Assembly (NCBI GenBank): GCA_019308995.1
Contig: JAFDHD010000006.1
Span: 5,221 to 69,220 of the forward strand
Length of the DNA: 64,000 bases
Source: Deltaproteobacteria bacterium
Lineage (GTDB): Bacteria > Desulfobacterota > Desulfarculia > Adiutricales > JAFDHD01
Reading direction: 5' to 3'
The notes beneath the pieces are model-generated. The model had not been told where the DNA came from. It worked only from the letters and a program-made list of their open reading frames with translations, and did no database searches. Of this stretch, positions 8,625 through 18,107 are shown piece after piece; within the stretch, counting starts at the first letter, position 1; every line of letters starts with the position of its first letter. The position numbers were made by a program, and so were the translations under genes.

Positions 8625-9866
8625 GTGGCGTTTGAGACCTTTATCGCCTGGAGATATTTTAAGGCCAAACGTAAGCAGGCCTTTATTTCTTTAATTACGA
8701 TCATTTCCCTGGCCGGAGTGGCTGTGGGCGTAACGGCCTTGATTGTGGTGTTGGCCGTGATGAGCGGAGTTCAAACGACCTGGAAAGATAAGATCCTGGG
8801 CGTTAACTCCCACATAGTTATCCTGAAGTACGGCCGGTCTCTGGAGAACTATAAAGAGGTACTGCCTGAGGTTGAGGAAGTCAAAGGGGTCCTTTCGGCT
8901 GAACCGTTTATTTATAGCCAGGTCATGTTGAGCGCTTTGGGCGGCGTCTCCGGGGCGGTCTTACGGGGAGTGGACCCGACTCTAACGGCAGAGGTTAGCC
9001 ACCTGAAGCACAGCATGATCTCCGGCCAAGTTTCTGACTTAGCCGCCCGCCCTGAAATTTCTTTCGGGCAGGCGGGCAATATTGTCCTCGGCCAGGAACT
9101 GGCCCGAACCTTGGGGGTTATTCTCGGAGATACCATTAACGTTATTTCCCCCATGGGGCAGATCTCTCCGCTGGGCGGCCGAATTCCACGAACCAGGAAT
9201 TTCAAGGTGGTGGGTCTGTTCAAGTCGGGCATGTATGAGTATGACTCGACACTGGCCTATGTGTCTCTTGACCAAGCTCAGGATTTTTTAAGCCTGGGAA
9301 CTGGGGTAACCGGGCTGGAAGTCATGGTTAAGGACATCTACCAGGCTAATAAGATTAAAAGAGATATTTTGGCGCGGTTGGGAGAGGGTTTTTGGGCCAG
9401 GGATTGGATGGAGATGAACCGGAACCTTTTCTGGGCTTTGAAATTGGAAAAGTTCGCCATGTTTATCATCCTGATGCTGATAGTCCTCGTGGCCGCCTTT
9501 AACATCATTTCGACTCTAATTATCGTGGTGATGGAAAAGGCCCGGGACATTGCTATCCTCAAATCTATGGGCGCCACAAACTTCAATATCATGAAGATAT
9601 TCGTTCTCCAGGGCCTGGCCATCGGTATCATTGGCACATTCATCGGGCTGATCGGCGGAGTGTTGCTTAGCAGTTTATTAGGCCAATATGAGTTCATCAA
9701 ACTGCCGCGTGATATTTATTATATAGATACTCTACCGGTGCATATGAAAGCCCTGGACGTGATCCTGGTTATTCTCATGGGCGTGGTGTTCTCTTTTTTA
9801 GCGACACTATACCCTGCGTGGCGAGCCTCCCGACTCAACCCGGTTGAGGCCCTCCGGTACGAGTAG
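8625..9866 (+). CDS. lipoprotein-releasing ABC transporter permease LolC/LolE
   Basis: 413 aa, MacB/FtsX topology with a large periplasmic loop and a C-terminal FtsX domain ending in PVEALRYE. Followed by lolD. Confidence 0.88.
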   Translation: MAFETFIAWRYFKAKRKQAFISLITIISLAGVAVGVTALIVVLAVMSGVQTTWKDKILGVNSHIVILKYGRSLENYKEVLPEVEEVKGVLSAEPFIYSQVMLSALGGVSGAVLRGVDPTLTAEVSHLKHSMISGQVSDLAARPEISFGQAGNIVLGQELARTLGVILGDTINVISPMGQISPLGGRIPRTRNFKVVGLFKSGMYEYDSTLAYVSLDQAQDFLSLGTGVTGLEVMVKDIYQANKIKRDILARLGEGFWARDWMEMNRNLFWALKLEKFAMFIILMLIVLVAAFNIISTLIIVVMEKARDIAILKSMGATNFNIMKIFVLQGLAIGIIGTFIGLIGGVLLSSLLGQYEFIKLPRDIYYIDTLPVHMKALDVILVILMGVVFSFLATLYPAWRASRLNPVEALRYE

Positions 9867-9881
9867 GGGACTTTTATAAAA

Positions 9882-10574
9882 GTGACTGAAGCGCAGGAGG
9901 CTTATATCCGTGTTGAAGGCCTGATCAAGACCTTCCTGACCGGTTCATCCAAGATCGAAGTTATAAAAGGCATAGATCTCACGATTAAACGCCGGCAGAC
10001 CTTGGCCGTGGTTGGAGCCTCAGGGGTGGGTAAGTCCACCTTGCTTCATATTTTAGGGACACTGGAAGAGCCGACTTCTGGTCGAGTTTTTTTGGAAGAG
10101 ATTGATTTATATCAGCAGGGCTCGAGGGCTCTGGCCCGGATCAGGAACCGAAAGATTGGGTTTGTTTTTCAATTCCATCACCTTTTGTCTGAATTTAATG
10201 CCTTAGAAAACACAGCCATGCCAGCCTTGATCCAGGGCTTGAACCGGAAGGAGGCTTACAACCGGGCTGAAGAGATTCTGGTCAGAGTGGGCCTTCAGGA
10301 GCGATTATTCCACCGGATTGGAGAACTTTCCGGCGGAGAGCAGCAGCGTGTGGCCGTGGCTCGGGCCTTGGTCGTTGAACCGGATCTGCTTTTAGCTGAT
10401 GAGCCTACCGGCAACCTTGATGCTCAAACCGGGAGGCGAGTCAATGAACTCCTGGTTCAGCTTAATGAAGAGAAAGGCTTGACTACAGTGGTTGCAACCC
10501 ATAACCTTGAGCTTGCAAAGATGATGTCGTCTCAAATTCGGTTGATCGAAGGTCGGGTTCAAGAGGAAAGATAA
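9882..10574 (+). CDS. lolD: lipoprotein-releasing ABC transporter ATPase LolD
   Basis: Walker [10 protein letters not shown], signature [15 protein letters not shown], Walker [13 protein letters not shown]. Confidence 0.9.
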   Translation: MTEAQEAYIRVEGLIKTFLTGSSKIEVIKGIDLTIKRRQTLAVVGASGVGKSTLLHILGTLEEPTSGRVFLEEIDLYQQGSRALARIRNRKIGFVFQFHHLLSEFNALENTAMPALIQGLNRKEAYNRAEEILVRVGLQERLFHRIGELSGGEQQRVAVARALVVEPDLLLADEPTGNLDAQTGRRVNELLVQLNEEKGLTTVVATHNLELAKMMSSQIRLIEGRVQEER

Positions 10575-10579
10575 AGCAA

Positions 10580-13225
10580 ATGGTGAAAAGAATCGTCCTG
10601 TTCACGTTCTTGCTCCTTTTAATTCCAACACTCGTCCAAGGGGCTCAAAAAATCAAGATCGGCGTTCTTCCTTTCATGGTTTATGGCAAGGAGGACCTGG
10701 GCTACCTTCAGGAAGGAATCCAGGAGATGTTTAACGGCCAGCTCCTTCAGCACGGTATTGAGGTTGCTTCCAAGACCGAGGTTCGGCGTGTTTTGGGCCG
10801 CCAGGCTCTAGCCGACTTGAGCGAGCAATCCCTCCGGAAACTGGGCAGGGCGCTGGATGTGGATTACATCATTTACGGCAGCCTTACCAAGATCGGCCGC
10901 AGTCTGTCCCTGGATACAAGAATCGTGGATACGGTTGGCCTTAAAAGAACTTCTGCGATCTTTGTTCAGGGAGAGGGACTTGAAACCCTTATGGCCATGG
11001 TCAGGGAGCTGGCGGTAAAGGCCACCTTCAAGGTCACCGGACGCGAAAAACTAGCCAAGATAGTTATTTCTGGAAACAAACGCATTGAAACCGATGCCAT
11101 CAAGGCCGTGGTTGAGAGCAAGGAAGGGGAGATCTTTTCCACGGACAGAATTTCTGCCGACCTGAAGCGTATCTATGCCATGAATTTTTTTGAGGATGTA
11201 AAGGTTGAGGTTGAGGATTCTCCTGAGGGGAAGGTTGTCCATTTTGTGGTAGTTGAGAAGCCTTCTGTCCGGCAGATCACATTTAAAGGTACACGGAATC
11301 TGAAAGAGGAAGATTTACTTGATGTGCTGGGGTACGCACGTTACTCAATTCTGGATACTAAAAAGATCGTGGAAAGTGTGGAAAATATCCATGAATTGTA
11401 TCGAGAGAAAGGATACTATAACGCTGAGGCAACCTATGAGATCGAAAATATCGGTCCCAAGATGGTTGCCATTCGATACAGGATTGAGGAAAACCGCCGA
11501 CTCTATGTCAAAAAGATCAGGTTTGAAGGCAATGAGAATATCAGTCGCAAGAAACTCCTCAAATTTATGAAAACGAAAGAAAAAGGCCTTTTCTCCTGGC
11601 TGACTGAATCAGGCAGACTCAAACGGGATAAATTGAAAGAGGATGTTTCTAAACTGCTGGCCTACTACTATAACCACGGTTACATCAAAGTTCAAATGGC
11701 TGACCCACACATTGAGGTCGAAAAGGACGGCCTTGTGCTTACTATTACAGTGAGCGAAGGGCCGCAATACAAGGTCGGTCAAGTCTCTCTTACCGGCGAC
11801 CTGATTGAGCCGGAGCAAGATGTATCCGCTTTGATCGAGATTGATAAGTGGCCTTTTTTCAATCGGGAAATCTTACAAAATGACATTAAGGCTATCACCT
11901 CCTATTATACATCTCATGGTTATGCATATGCTGTTATTACCCCCCTGATCCGTGAACATGAAGACAACCTAACGATAGACATCACTTACAAGATTGTTAA
12001 AAAAAGCCTGGTCTATTTTGAACGGATTGAAATCGTTGGCAATACCAGGACACGGGATAAGGTCATTCGCCGAGAATTCAAGGTCCACGAAGGAGACCTG
12101 TTCTCGGCAGATAAGTTACGAAAGAGCGTCATGAACCTGCACCGCCTCGGCTACTTTAAGGATTTAAAATTCTCTCAAAGTAAAGGCAGCACGGATGACA
12201 GGATGAACATCAGGGTTGCAGTCGAAGAACAACCCACCGGCGCTTTCTCTATTGGAGCCGGCTACAGTTCCTACAACAAGGTCTTCGGGGTCGTCCAGGT
12301 AAGTCAAAATAATCTTTTTGGTAAGGGTCAGAGCCTTCAGCTTCAAGCGAGCTTTGGGGCTCGAATCACCGAATATTCAATCAGTTTTACCGAACCCTGG
12401 CTCTGGGATATTCCCTTATCGGCCGGCTTTGATCTCTATAACCAAACCCAAGCCTATGATGATTACAATAAGTTTTCCACGGGCGGAGCCTTGCGGCTGG
12501 GGTATCCTATTATGGATTATGTTCGGTTATCCGGACGGTACAAATACGAGGATGCAACCATATCAGATGTTTCAGAATTTGTTTCGGCACAGGTGAAGGA
12601 TATGGCCGGACAATGGACAACCAGCAGTATTGGCTTAACGTTTCGTCGTGATACCCGTAACCGATTTTTTAACCCTACATCTGGATCAAATAACTCCATT
12701 TCCGTGGAATACGCTGGCGGTATTCTTGGCGGGACCAGTTATTTCAGTAAATACATCCTTAATTCAGGCTGGTTTTTCCCCTTGCCTTGGGGCGAACATG
12801 TTTTCTTTGCCCGTGGTAAACTGGGATTCATCAAAGCACTCCCTGGTGGCAAGGTGCCTATTTTTGAAAAATTTTACCTCGGCGGCATGTACAGCCTGCG
12901 TGGCTTTCAATGGGGAACGGTCGGGCCGCAGGACCCGGCGACCAATACCATGATTGGTGGGGATAAAATGGTTCTATTCAATTTTGAATATATCTTCCCT
13001 CTGATCAAGGACGCCGGTTTGATGGGGGTCATTTTTTTCGATACGGGCAACGCTTTTTTGGCTGAGGAAAGGATGGATCTTAGCAGTCTGAGGCAAAGCG
13101 TGGGATTTGGAATTCGTTTCTATAGCCCCTTGGGACCGATGCGCCTGGAATGGGGTTATGTCCTTGATCCTAAACCGGGAGAAAAAAAAGGCCTTTGGGA
13201 GTTCAGCGTCGGTACCTTTTTTTAA
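10580..13225 (+). CDS. bamA: outer membrane protein assembly factor BamA with an extra N-terminal domain
   Basis: Signal peptide, a roughly 140-aa non-POTRA domain, five POTRA-like units (IVISGNKRIE, ITFKGTRNL, IRFEGNENIS, VSLTGDL, IEIVGNTRTRD), and an Omp85 barrel ending EFSVGTFF. Confidence 0.93.
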   Translation: MVKRIVLFTFLLLLIPTLVQGAQKIKIGVLPFMVYGKEDLGYLQEGIQEMFNGQLLQHGIEVASKTEVRRVLGRQALADLSEQSLRKLGRALDVDYIIYGSLTKIGRSLSLDTRIVDTVGLKRTSAIFVQGEGLETLMAMVRELAVKATFKVTGREKLAKIVISGNKRIETDAIKAVVESKEGEIFSTDRISADLKRIYAMNFFEDVKVEVEDSPEGKVVHFVVVEKPSVRQITFKGTRNLKEEDLLDVLGYARYSILDTKKIVESVENIHELYREKGYYNAEATYEIENIGPKMVAIRYRIEENRRLYVKKIRFEGNENISRKKLLKFMKTKEKGLFSWLTESGRLKRDKLKEDVSKLLAYYYNHGYIKVQMADPHIEVEKDGLVLTITVSEGPQYKVGQVSLTGDLIEPEQDVSALIEIDKWPFFNREILQNDIKAITSYYTSHGYAYAVITPLIREHEDNLTIDITYKIVKKSLVYFERIEIVGNTRTRDKVIRREFKVHEGDLFSADKLRKSVMNLHRLGYFKDLKFSQSKGSTDDRMNIRVAVEEQPTGAFSIGAGYSSYNKVFGVVQVSQNNLFGKGQSLQLQASFGARITEYSISFTEPWLWDIPLSAGFDLYNQTQAYDDYNKFSTGGALRLGYPIMDYVRLSGRYKYEDATISDVSEFVSAQVKDMAGQWTTSSIGLTFRRDTRNRFFNPTSGSNNSISVEYAGGILGGTSYFSKYILNSGWFFPLPWGEHVFFARGKLGFIKALPGGKVPIFEKFYLGGMYSLRGFQWGTVGPQDPATNTMIGGDKMVLFNFEYIFPLIKDAGLMGVIFFDTGNAFLAEERMDLSSLRQSVGFGIRFYSPLGPMRLEWGYVLDPKPGEKKGLWEFSVGTFF

Positions 13226-13260
13226 TATGCAAGGATTTTTACAATATGGGGAGGATGAAT

Positions 13261-13800
13261 ATGGTCAACAGAAGTTTATCAATCGGCTTGATCCTGAGTC
13301 TGGCCTTTTTATTCGTTGTGGCTTCGATCCCTTGGCCGGCACAATGTGCTGAAGTCGTTAAAATCGGCGTTGTCAATGTTCAGCGGGTGATCAGTGAATC
13401 CCAAAAAGGCAAGATGGCCAAAGAGAAGCTCATCAAGAAGTTCGACCAGATGCGGAAGGAACTCGATCTGAGGCGTGCCGAGATCGAAAAGGCCAAGCTT
13501 GAACTGGAGAGGCAGGCCAGTATCCTTGCTCCTGATGTCAGGTATGATAAAGAAAAGACCCTGAAACGTAAAATGAGAGACTTTGAGGATCATTACCGGG
13601 ATATCAACGACCTGATGAAGAGGGAGGAGATAAAAAGTACCAGACCTATTCTTGAAGAGCTTTCCAGGCTGATTAAGAAATTAGGCCAAGAAAAGGGCTA
13701 TACCCTAATTTTGGAAAGCAATCGGTCCGGTATCATCTATGTGCCTGAGAGCGTTGATTTGACTGACGAGGTGATGAAACTCTATGACACAGCCAAGTAG
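13261..13800 (+). CDS. skp: periplasmic chaperone Skp/OmpH
   Basis: Signal peptide and K/E-rich coiled-coil body. Canonical position between bamA and lpxD. Start moved to ATG 13261, 6 nt after GGAGG; the track ORF start at 13195 lies inside bamA. Confidence 0.85.
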   Translation: MVNRSLSIGLILSLAFLFVVASIPWPAQCAEVVKIGVVNVQRVISESQKGKMAKEKLIKKFDQMRKELDLRRAEIEKAKLELERQASILAPDVRYDKEKTLKRKMRDFEDHYRDINDLMKREEIKSTRPILEELSRLIKKLGQEKGYTLILESNRSGIIYVPESVDLTDEVMKLYDTAK

Positions 13801-13877
13801 CTGCCAGCGGCCTTGAAGAATTTTTATTGGCAAAAGTGAAGATTCCGCAGCTTATTCACTATTAAAAGGGATTAGGT

Positions 13878-15029
13878 TTGAAACTCCCTCGCCCATACAA
13901 TCTTAGAGAACTGGCTGAGTTGGCCGAGCGAAAGATCAAATCCCGCCTGATTGAGCTTGGAAGCCCGGACTTGTCTTGCCATGTGGAGCTAGCCGGGGAT
14001 CTGGAGACCATGGTCCGGGCCATATCTCCGATCGAGTCCCTGGAAGCGGATTGCCTGACGTTTGCAGTTAAAAAATCATACCTTGTCCAAGCCGAGGAAT
14101 CTGACGCCGCGGCGATTATCCTCCCAGACTCGCTCGTGAGCCAGGTAAAACCTTACCTGCATACACCAGCGCCTCGACTTGTTTTTTCCGTACTTCTCGA
14201 GCTGACTATGGAGGAACCTTCCCTGGTTCCTGCTGTCGCTTCTCAGGTGCGATTTAAAGACCGCTCCAGCGTTGAACTGGGTAAGGATGTCATTATCGGG
14301 GACTGGTGCTATATTGGCGAAGATGTCAAGATCGGTCAGGGCTGTCGTATCTATCCACAGGTCTTTATTGACGATTATGTGGTCCTGGGTAAGGGATGTG
14401 TCATTTATCCCCGGGTGACCCTCTTCAGGCGCACCACCTTAGGTAAAGAAGTGATTGTTCATTCCGGAGCAGTTATCGGAGATGATGGCTTTGGATACAA
14501 TCAGATGCCGGACTTAAAGCGAGGCAGGCTGCTTCATCTTAAAAATGAGCATGCCGGCGGAGTCTTGATCGAAGATAATGTCGAGGTCGGCAGCCAGGTC
14601 TGTATTGATCGGGGTCTGGCCGACTTGACCGTGGTTGGCTCTGGAACCAAAATTGATAATCTGACTCAGATCGGCCACAACGTCAAAATCGGGCGGGATT
14701 GCATCATCGTGAATGCCTCGATTGCCGGGAGTGCAAAAATCGGGCATAGAGCTTTTCTGATGGGGACGAATGTCAGAGACGGAACTAAAATAGGTGACGA
14801 CGCCCTCGTTCTGGCAGGGGCGACAGTCTTGAGCGACCTCCCGGCCGGATCAGCACGCTGGGCCGGCTCTCCGGCTCACGATGCCGATCATGAATGGAGA
14901 ATCACGGCCATAGCCCGCAAAGAGCTGCCTCGTTTGAGGCAGTTCTTTCAGCTGTTTAAAAAGGCCGGGTCTTTTAATGAATTGAAATTAGAGTTCTTCG
15001 AACCAGAGACCAGAAAAGATCAAAAGTAA
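13878..15029 (+). CDS. lpxD: UDP-3-O-acylglucosamine N-acyltransferase
   Basis: LpxD-type N-terminal domain, long left-handed beta-helix hexapeptide region (GDDGFGY...), C-terminal helix. Lies in the skp-lpxD-fabZ-lpxA order. Confidence 0.88.
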   Translation: MKLPRPYNLRELAELAERKIKSRLIELGSPDLSCHVELAGDLETMVRAISPIESLEADCLTFAVKKSYLVQAEESDAAAIILPDSLVSQVKPYLHTPAPRLVFSVLLELTMEEPSLVPAVASQVRFKDRSSVELGKDVIIGDWCYIGEDVKIGQGCRIYPQVFIDDYVVLGKGCVIYPRVTLFRRTTLGKEVIVHSGAVIGDDGFGYNQMPDLKRGRLLHLKNEHAGGVLIEDNVEVGSQVCIDRGLADLTVVGSGTKIDNLTQIGHNVKIGRDCIIVNASIAGSAKIGHRAFLMGTNVRDGTKIGDDALVLAGATVLSDLPAGSARWAGSPAHDADHEWRITAIARKELPRLRQFFQLFKKAGSFNELKLEFFEPETRKDQK

Positions 15030-15039
15030 AGGGTGGAAC

Positions 15040-15498
15040 ATGAGTGACCCGATTGACATCGATGAGATCATCAACTTGCTGCCTCACCGGTATCCCTTTC
15101 TCCTCGTGGATCGTGTGGTTTCTTATGAGGCAGGTAAAACCATTTCGGCTTACAAGAATGTCACTTACAATGAACACTTCTTTCAGGGCCACTTCCCGGG
15201 GTTTCCAGTCATGCCAGGAGTTTTACTTATCGAGGCCATCGTTCAGACTGCCGGAATCCTGTACATGTTATCTGTAAAGGATCAGGCCAAGAACAACGTC
15301 ATGTATTTTATGGCCATGGATAAGGTTAAGTTTCGCAAACCGGTTGTGCCTGGTGATCGGCTCGACATTAAGGTGGATGTTCTTAAGTTTGGAAGCCGGG
15401 CGATCAAGTTTCGAGGGGAGGCCTTTGTGGGTGAATCTAAGGCTGCTGAAGGTGAGTTCCTGGCTTCTCCCCATCAATCCTCCATAAACATTGGGTGA
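15040..15498 (+). CDS. fabZ: 3-hydroxyacyl-ACP dehydratase FabZ
   Basis: LPHRYPFLLVDRV and FFQGHFPGFPVMPGVLLIEA hot-dog motifs. Confidence 0.95.
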   Translation: MSDPIDIDEIINLLPHRYPFLLVDRVVSYEAGKTISAYKNVTYNEHFFQGHFPGFPVMPGVLLIEAIVQTAGILYMLSVKDQAKNNVMYFMAMDKVKFRKPVVPGDRLDIKVDVLKFGSRAIKFRGEAFVGESKAAEGEFLASPHQSSINIG

Positions 15499-15520
15499 TC
15501 ACGGCATAAGGAATTGAGGT

Positions 15521-16297
15521 ATGGAAATTCATCCCACGGCCGTTGTTGATCCAGGGGCCAAACTGGAAGAAGGCGTTAAGATCGGACCATATGTTATTAT
15601 TAACAAGGATGCTCTCATCGGCGCGGGCACTGAAATAATGGCCCACGCACATATTGACTCTAACACCAGGATCGGCTGCAACTGCCGCGTCTTTCCTTTG
15701 GCCTCCCTTGGTACTGCGCCCCAGGATGTGACTTACGCCGGGGAAAAAACTCGGCTTACAATCGGCGACGAGGTGACGATCCGCGAGTTTGTAACGGTCA
15801 ATCGAGGCACGGCCAAGGGCGGCGGCGTGACCCGGATCGGCGATGGCTGCTATCTCATGACTTACGCTCATGTGGGACACGATTGCCAGATCGGCCGGAA
15901 CGTTACCTTGATCAATAACCTGGCCATGTCCGGCCATGTGACCGTCGAGGACGAGGCGACTATCAGTGGCATGGTCGCGATTCATCAGCATGTCCGCATC
16001 GGGACCCATGCCTACATCGGAGGAGTTAGCAGGGTGACTAAGGATGTCCCGCCGTATCTGCTGGGTCAGGGAGTGGGTGACTTTAAATTATACGGACCGA
16101 ATATCATCGGTCTGAAGCGCAAAGGGTTCCCTCGAGAGACCATCAGCGCTCTCCGGGAGGCTTTTCATCTCATCTTTCGTACCAACCGTCTCCTGGCAGA
16201 GACCCTCGAAGATGCCTTGGCCAGGTTCCCGGACGTCAAAGAAGTGAAGACCATGGTCGAATTTATTCAATCATCTAAGCGAGGGGTGACTCGATAA
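15521..16297 (+). CDS. lpxA: acyl-ACP--UDP-N-acetylglucosamine O-acyltransferase
   Basis: IHPTAVVDPGAKL start, hexapeptide repeats, helical C-terminal domain, 258 aa. Confidence 0.93.
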   Translation: MEIHPTAVVDPGAKLEEGVKIGPYVIINKDALIGAGTEIMAHAHIDSNTRIGCNCRVFPLASLGTAPQDVTYAGEKTRLTIGDEVTIREFVTVNRGTAKGGGVTRIGDGCYLMTYAHVGHDCQIGRNVTLINNLAMSGHVTVEDEATISGMVAIHQHVRIGTHAYIGGVSRVTKDVPPYLLGQGVGDFKLYGPNIIGLKRKGFPRETISALREAFHLIFRTNRLLAETLEDALARFPDVKEVKTMVEFIQSSKRGVTR

Positions 16298-16320
16298 GCG
16301 ATATTCATAAAATCGGGCTG

Positions 16321-17112
16321 TTGGCCGGCCGGGGCCAGTTTCCGTTTTTGTTTGCTCGCGCTGCCCAGAGGAGAGGTGTCAAGGTTTTTGCCGCCGCTTT
16401 TGAGGGTGAGACGTTGCCAGAGCTTGAACAGGTGGTTGATGATATCCTCTGGGTTAAACTCGGGCAATTTGCACCGATAATGTCCTTCTTCAAACGCCAA
16501 GGGCTTAAGGAAGCGGTCATGGCCGGCGGTGTCACCAAGGTTAATATGTTTGCTCGCTTTCAGCCCGACTCTAAGGCGCAGGCCATCATGACCCGTCTTG
16601 AGACCTTAAACGACGATAACGTCCTGCGGGCACTGGCGGCCGAATTTGAAAATGAAGGCATCACCATCCTTGCCTCGACCCTCTACACCCCTGAACTTCA
16701 GGCTCCGAGCGGAGTTTTAACGCATCGGTCCCCGTCCTCGGACGAGGAAACGGATATTGAGTTTGGTTGGCAGGTGGCCAAGGCCATCGGAAATCTGGAC
16801 ATCGGCCAATGTGTTGTCGTGCGCCATCGGGTCGTACTGGCCGTGGAGGCTATCGAAGGTACGGACGAAGCTATCAGAAGGGGGGGCAGGCTGGCTCGAG
16901 AAGGAGCCGTCGTGGTCAAGGCCATAAAACCCAACCAGGATTTTCGTTTCGACGTTCCATCTGTCGGACCGGGCACCGTGGCTGTTATGAGAGAAGTTAA
17001 GGCCTCGGTTCTGGCTATTGAGGCAGGGAAGACTTTGATCTTTGACTCCGAGGAAATGATCGCGGCGGCAGACCAGGCTGGAATTGCCATTATAGCCAGA
17101 AAAAGTGAGTAG
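16321..17112 (+). CDS. lpxI: UDP-2,3-diacylglucosamine diphosphatase LpxI (DUF1009); true start probably upstream
   Basis: DUF1009-type sequence between lpxA and lpxB. The conserved N-terminal KIGLLAGRGQFP strand begins upstream of the first canonical start codon (see finding). Confidence 0.85.
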   Translation: MAGRGQFPFLFARAAQRRGVKVFAAAFEGETLPELEQVVDDILWVKLGQFAPIMSFFKRQGLKEAVMAGGVTKVNMFARFQPDSKAQAIMTRLETLNDDNVLRALAAEFENEGITILASTLYTPELQAPSGVLTHRSPSSDEETDIEFGWQVAKAIGNLDIGQCVVVRHRVVLAVEAIEGTDEAIRRGGRLAREGAVVVKAIKPNQDFRFDVPSVGPGTVAVMREVKASVLAIEAGKTLIFDSEEMIAAADQAGIAIIARKSE

Positions 17113-18076
17113 ACGCTTAAAGGTCGGAGTAGTCGGTGTGGGCTATCTAGGCCGGTACCACGCCGAAAAGTATAAGGCCATTGACGAGGTTGATCTGGTT
17201 GGGGTGGCCGATACCAAGCCCGAGCGGGCCGAGGCTGTGGCCGCAGAGCTTGGGGTTAAACCTTTCTTTGATTCTCCTGACCTAATGGGATTGGTGGACG
17301 CGGTCAGTATCGTTGTCCCGACCAAAGATCACTTTGAAATCACCCGCGCCTTCCTCGCCCAAGGCGTGCATGTCATAGTCGAAAAACCTATCACGCGAAC
17401 CCTTGATGAAGCCGATGGCCTGATCGAGCTGGCCAAGAACAATGAGCTAATCCTGCAGGTTGGCCACCTTGAACGGTTTAATCCAGCTATGCGGGCTGCC
17501 TCTTCATTGATCGGCGTGCCGCTTTTCATCGAGGCTAGCCGCATCAGTTCTTTCCCGGAGCGGGGGACGGATGTAGACGTGGTTCTGGACTTGATGATCC
17601 ACGATCTGGATATTGTATTGAACCTCGTGGGTGAACTACCAGAATCAATTCAGGCCGTGGGCGCGCCGATGGTGACAGACCATGTGGATATTGCCAACGC
17701 CAGACTCGAATTCGCATCAGGATGCGTGGCCAATCTGACGGCCAGCCGAATTTCAGACAAGAGCCTGCGTAAAATTCGTATCTTCCAGAAGGACGCCTAC
17801 CTCTCCATTGATTACGATCAGCGTCAGGTCGTGGTGACCCGGCGGGCCGCTGACAGGCCTCCCGGGAGACCGGAGACCACTACCGAAGAATTGGTTGTCC
17901 CTCCTGGCGATGCTTTAGAAAATGAGCTCAAGTCCTTTGTTGCATCTGTTAAGACCGGATCCGCGCCGTTTGTCAGCGGGGAGGACGGCCGTCAGGCTCT
18001 GGCCGTTGCCCTTCAGATTATGACGGATATAAAATCCCGGTCTAGGGATTGGCCGGAAATCATGGGAGAAAAGTAA
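17105..18076 (+). CDS. Gfo/Idh/MocA-family NAD(P) oxidoreductase embedded in the lpx operon
   Basis: Rossmann N-terminus VGVVGVGYLGRYHA and an EKP motif (VIVEKPIT). 8-nt overlap with lpxI. Confidence 0.85.
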   Translation: MSRRLKVGVVGVGYLGRYHAEKYKAIDEVDLVGVADTKPERAEAVAAELGVKPFFDSPDLMGLVDAVSIVVPTKDHFEITRAFLAQGVHVIVEKPITRTLDEADGLIELAKNNELILQVGHLERFNPAMRAASSLIGVPLFIEASRISSFPERGTDVDVVLDLMIHDLDIVLNLVGELPESIQAVGAPMVTDHVDIANARLEFASGCVANLTASRISDKSLRKIRIFQKDAYLSIDYDQRQVVVTRRAADRPPGRPETTTEELVVPPGDALENELKSFVASVKTGSAPFVSGEDGRQALAVALQIMTDIKSRSRDWPEIMGEK

Positions 18077-18107
18077 GGGTGTCACTAGGCCTCACCGAAT
18101 TGCAAAG

